Position numbers and translations under genes: made by a program. DNA of 64,000 nt from a virus, in IMG/VR virus record IMGVR_UViG_3300038468_000190, positions 64,001 through 128,000 of that record. The stretch is one strand, 5' to 3'. The notes under the pieces were generated by a model. It worked only from the letters and a program-made list of their open reading frames with translations, searched no databases and was not told the DNA's origin. This document shows, in pieces, positions 62,079-64,000 of this stretch. How positions within the stretch are numbered: the stretch's first letter is position 1; the number at the start of each line of letters is the position of its first letter.

Positions 62079-62108
62079 AGGCTAACCGCCCGGGGGCCGC
62101 CCGGTCAA
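62079..62108 (-). promoter_or_regulatory. Possible sigma70-type promoter
   Basis: TTGACC-N18-TAGCCT, 7 nt before the ATG at 62071. Confidence 0.4.
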
Positions 62109-62115
62109 GCGGCTC

Positions 62116-62748
62116 TCACGATCGGCGCAAATACCTGCGTTCGTCATCGAACATCATGCTGTGCTCGATGAGCTTTACCGCCCGGTGCTCGCCCGAGAGG
62201 GCCTCGATGATGAGCGCTCGGGCAATCGCCGTCGGCGTCGTGCCAATGGCCGCCGCCCGGCGCTTCAGGGCACGGTTTGCGCCCTGCGTGATCGTCGCGC
62301 GCTCGAGAAACGGCGACCGCTCCGCGGGCTTTCCCATCTTGTAGCGCTTGCCCTTCCAGTACCAGAAGGAGAGCGCGCCGGGCTCCTTGTCACCCATCAG
62401 GTACTCCTGAATCAGAGCCCGAAGAAGCACCGGCCCGCGGAGCTCCCGATACGCGCACTCCTCGAGCCACGCCTTGTGCACCGGCGGCGGCATGAACAAG
62501 TGAAACTGGTAGTAACGCTTGAACCGCCCGCTCTCGTCCGGACGCGCCGACGTGATCCTGAGGCCGTTCTTCGACTTTTGGATCTTCGCCTCGGCGCGCG
62601 CTTCGAGAAGGAGCTCCGCTTGCACGCCGAGCCGCTCGGCGAGCGCGTCGATCTCGTCGTCCCTCGCGGGGAGCGTCGCCCACTTCGTTCCGAGGAGGCG
62701 CTCGAGAAGCCAGCTCCTGAACGAATAGACGCGCTCCCAGCCGCTCAC
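62116..62748 (-). CDS. Hypothetical protein with two ribbon-helix-helix-like segments
   Basis: FHLFMP...LLRALIQEYL and ATIT...ALKRRA...IARALIIEAL. Confidence 0.5.
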   Translation of the reverse strand: MSGWERVYSFRSWLLERLLGTKWATLPARDDEIDALAERLGVQAELLLEARAEAKIQKSKNGLRITSARPDESGRFKRYYQFHLFMPPPVHKAWLEECAYRELRGPVLLRALIQEYLMGDKEPGALSFWYWKGKRYKMGKPAERSPFLERATITQGANRALKRRAAAIGTTPTAIARALIIEALSGEHRAVKLIEHSMMFDDERRYLRRS

Positions 62749-63048
62749 GACGCCGTCGTGTCCTCTTTCATCTTGATGTGCGTGCAGTAGACAACGTCCT
62801 CGGGATGGATCGCAATCACCGCCGCCTCGCCCGGCTCTGGGATCGGAGCCCGCAAGAGGAGCATGAGTTTGCCCTCTTCCTCTCCCGGGGCGATCGACAA
62901 GATCCCCTTCAGGTACTCGCTCGCCCTGACCCCCGAACCGTCGCGCGCGATCGTCGGATCGTACGAGAACTGCACCCCCATGTACGGGTAGCGGAGCTGC
63001 AGCATCACGGGCTTTCGGTCAAACTCGAGCCAGCCAGTCGGACCTCGT

Positions 63049-63723
63049 TCAGTTTCGGACATGTGCGATTTCTCCTTCGGTTGACACACCGGTCGGAGTG
63101 ACCAGTGTCACGACGCCGATCGCCGCGAGTATCTTCATTGGGGCGCGGCTTCCTAGCACACGCTCGAGGTCCGCATCACGGACTTCTCCCCTCGAGTGAA
63201 GGAGCGCCACGAGCCTCCAAAAACGGATCCGGTGCGCCCGGATGATCGCGCGCGCGTAGCCGTAGGCAGCCCGTAGGAGCTCCGACTCCTCGGCCGTGAG
63301 CGGCTCCACGAACATCTTCGAGAACGGCACCGTCACGGCCGGGGCCGAAACCTTCGGCTCGTAGCCGGCGGCGATGAGAGCGGCGGAGAGGGCCCGAGCC
63401 TTGTCGAGATCGGAGGCTGCCGGGCCACTCCGAAACCGGCCGAAAACCTGGAGCTCTCCAGCAATCCCCGCGAGGAGAACGACGAGCTCGGCCCACTGCG
63501 CCGCTGAAATGTCCGGGACCGGCCTCCCCGCGCAGAGCGTCTTGCCGCTGTCGTCCTCGCAAAGAACGGTCACCGTGCCGACGTGCGTCGCTCCCCAGGC
63601 AACGATCGCGTGCCCCGCTTCGTGCGCCGAGACGCGGCCACGCATGCTTTGGAGAGGGTGGAGCTCCGAGGAGCGCTCGGTCGGCGGCCTAGCTTTTCTC
63701 CGGAACCAATCCCAGATGTTCAC
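63049..63723 (-). CDS. FtsH/M41-like zinc peptidase domain without ATPase
   Basis: AHEAGHAIV, LLAGIAGE, ASDLDKA. Confidence 0.75.
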   Translation of the reverse strand: MNIWDWFRRKARPPTERSSELHPLQSMRGRVSAHEAGHAIVAWGATHVGTVTVLCEDDSGKTLCAGRPVPDISAAQWAELVVLLAGIAGELQVFGRFRSGPAASDLDKARALSAALIAAGYEPKVSAPAVTVPFSKMFVEPLTAEESELLRAAYGYARAIIRAHRIRFWRLVALLHSRGEVRDADLERVLGSRAPMKILAAIGVVTLVTPTGVSTEGEIAHVRN

Positions 63724-64000
63724 GGCTGCCTTACCGCCGTGCCAGGCGCGAGCCCATCCAGCGGATCACCGTCTCCCCGCTCGATCGCTTCCTCCCGTAA
63801 CCGGATGGCCTCGGCAAGGTAACGCGCCGACTCGAGGGCGGCTGCCTCGTCGTTCGGGCGGAAGGCGAGCTCGGCGCACGCGAAGCGCTGCACCGACAGA
63901 TACCTGAGGCTCGGCTTCTTGTCGTTCTCCTGGCCCGGGCGGTACTCGCGCCAGATCGCGTCGCGCGTTTTCTTCCTGAGCGCGAACCAGTGGGCCCTGC

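Overview
A GC-rich window that reads as part of a large bacteriophage or phage-like element. It has no bacterial housekeeping operons, dense ATGA-coupled small ORFs, fibre-type structural genes, cell-wall hydrolases and tRNA-like genes. No capsid, terminase or polymerase is visible. A Gly/Cys-rich lipoprotein hints at a myxobacterial host (inference). Layout: glycosylation cassette (1-4.2 kb); fibre and receptor-binding module with a collagen-like protein (4.3-13.7 kb); two tRNA-like genes with enlarged anticodon arms plus a Pth2-like gene (15.5-16.1 kb); peptidoglycan enzymes, two kinase-like paralogs and a GNAT-like protein (17-28.7 kb); then two divergent arrays of small genes meeting at a mirror-symmetric element near 45.1 kb; a Ycf46-like AAA module; and a 1279-aa tyrosine recombinase. 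Top candidate system: a TnpB/Cas12f-like protein (29882-31774, -) with all three RuvC catalytic positions substituted. It runs through a hairpin-rich tail directly into a 15-repeat CRISPR array (28856-29900), with no cas1/cas2 or tnpA in the window. This suggests a phage-borne, nuclease-dead, multi-guide DNA-binding system. Second candidate: a dif/lox-like 13-6-13 site at the strand switch, one arm of which recurs immediately upstream of the giant recombinase gene. All family assignments come from motif recognition by eye, not database searches.
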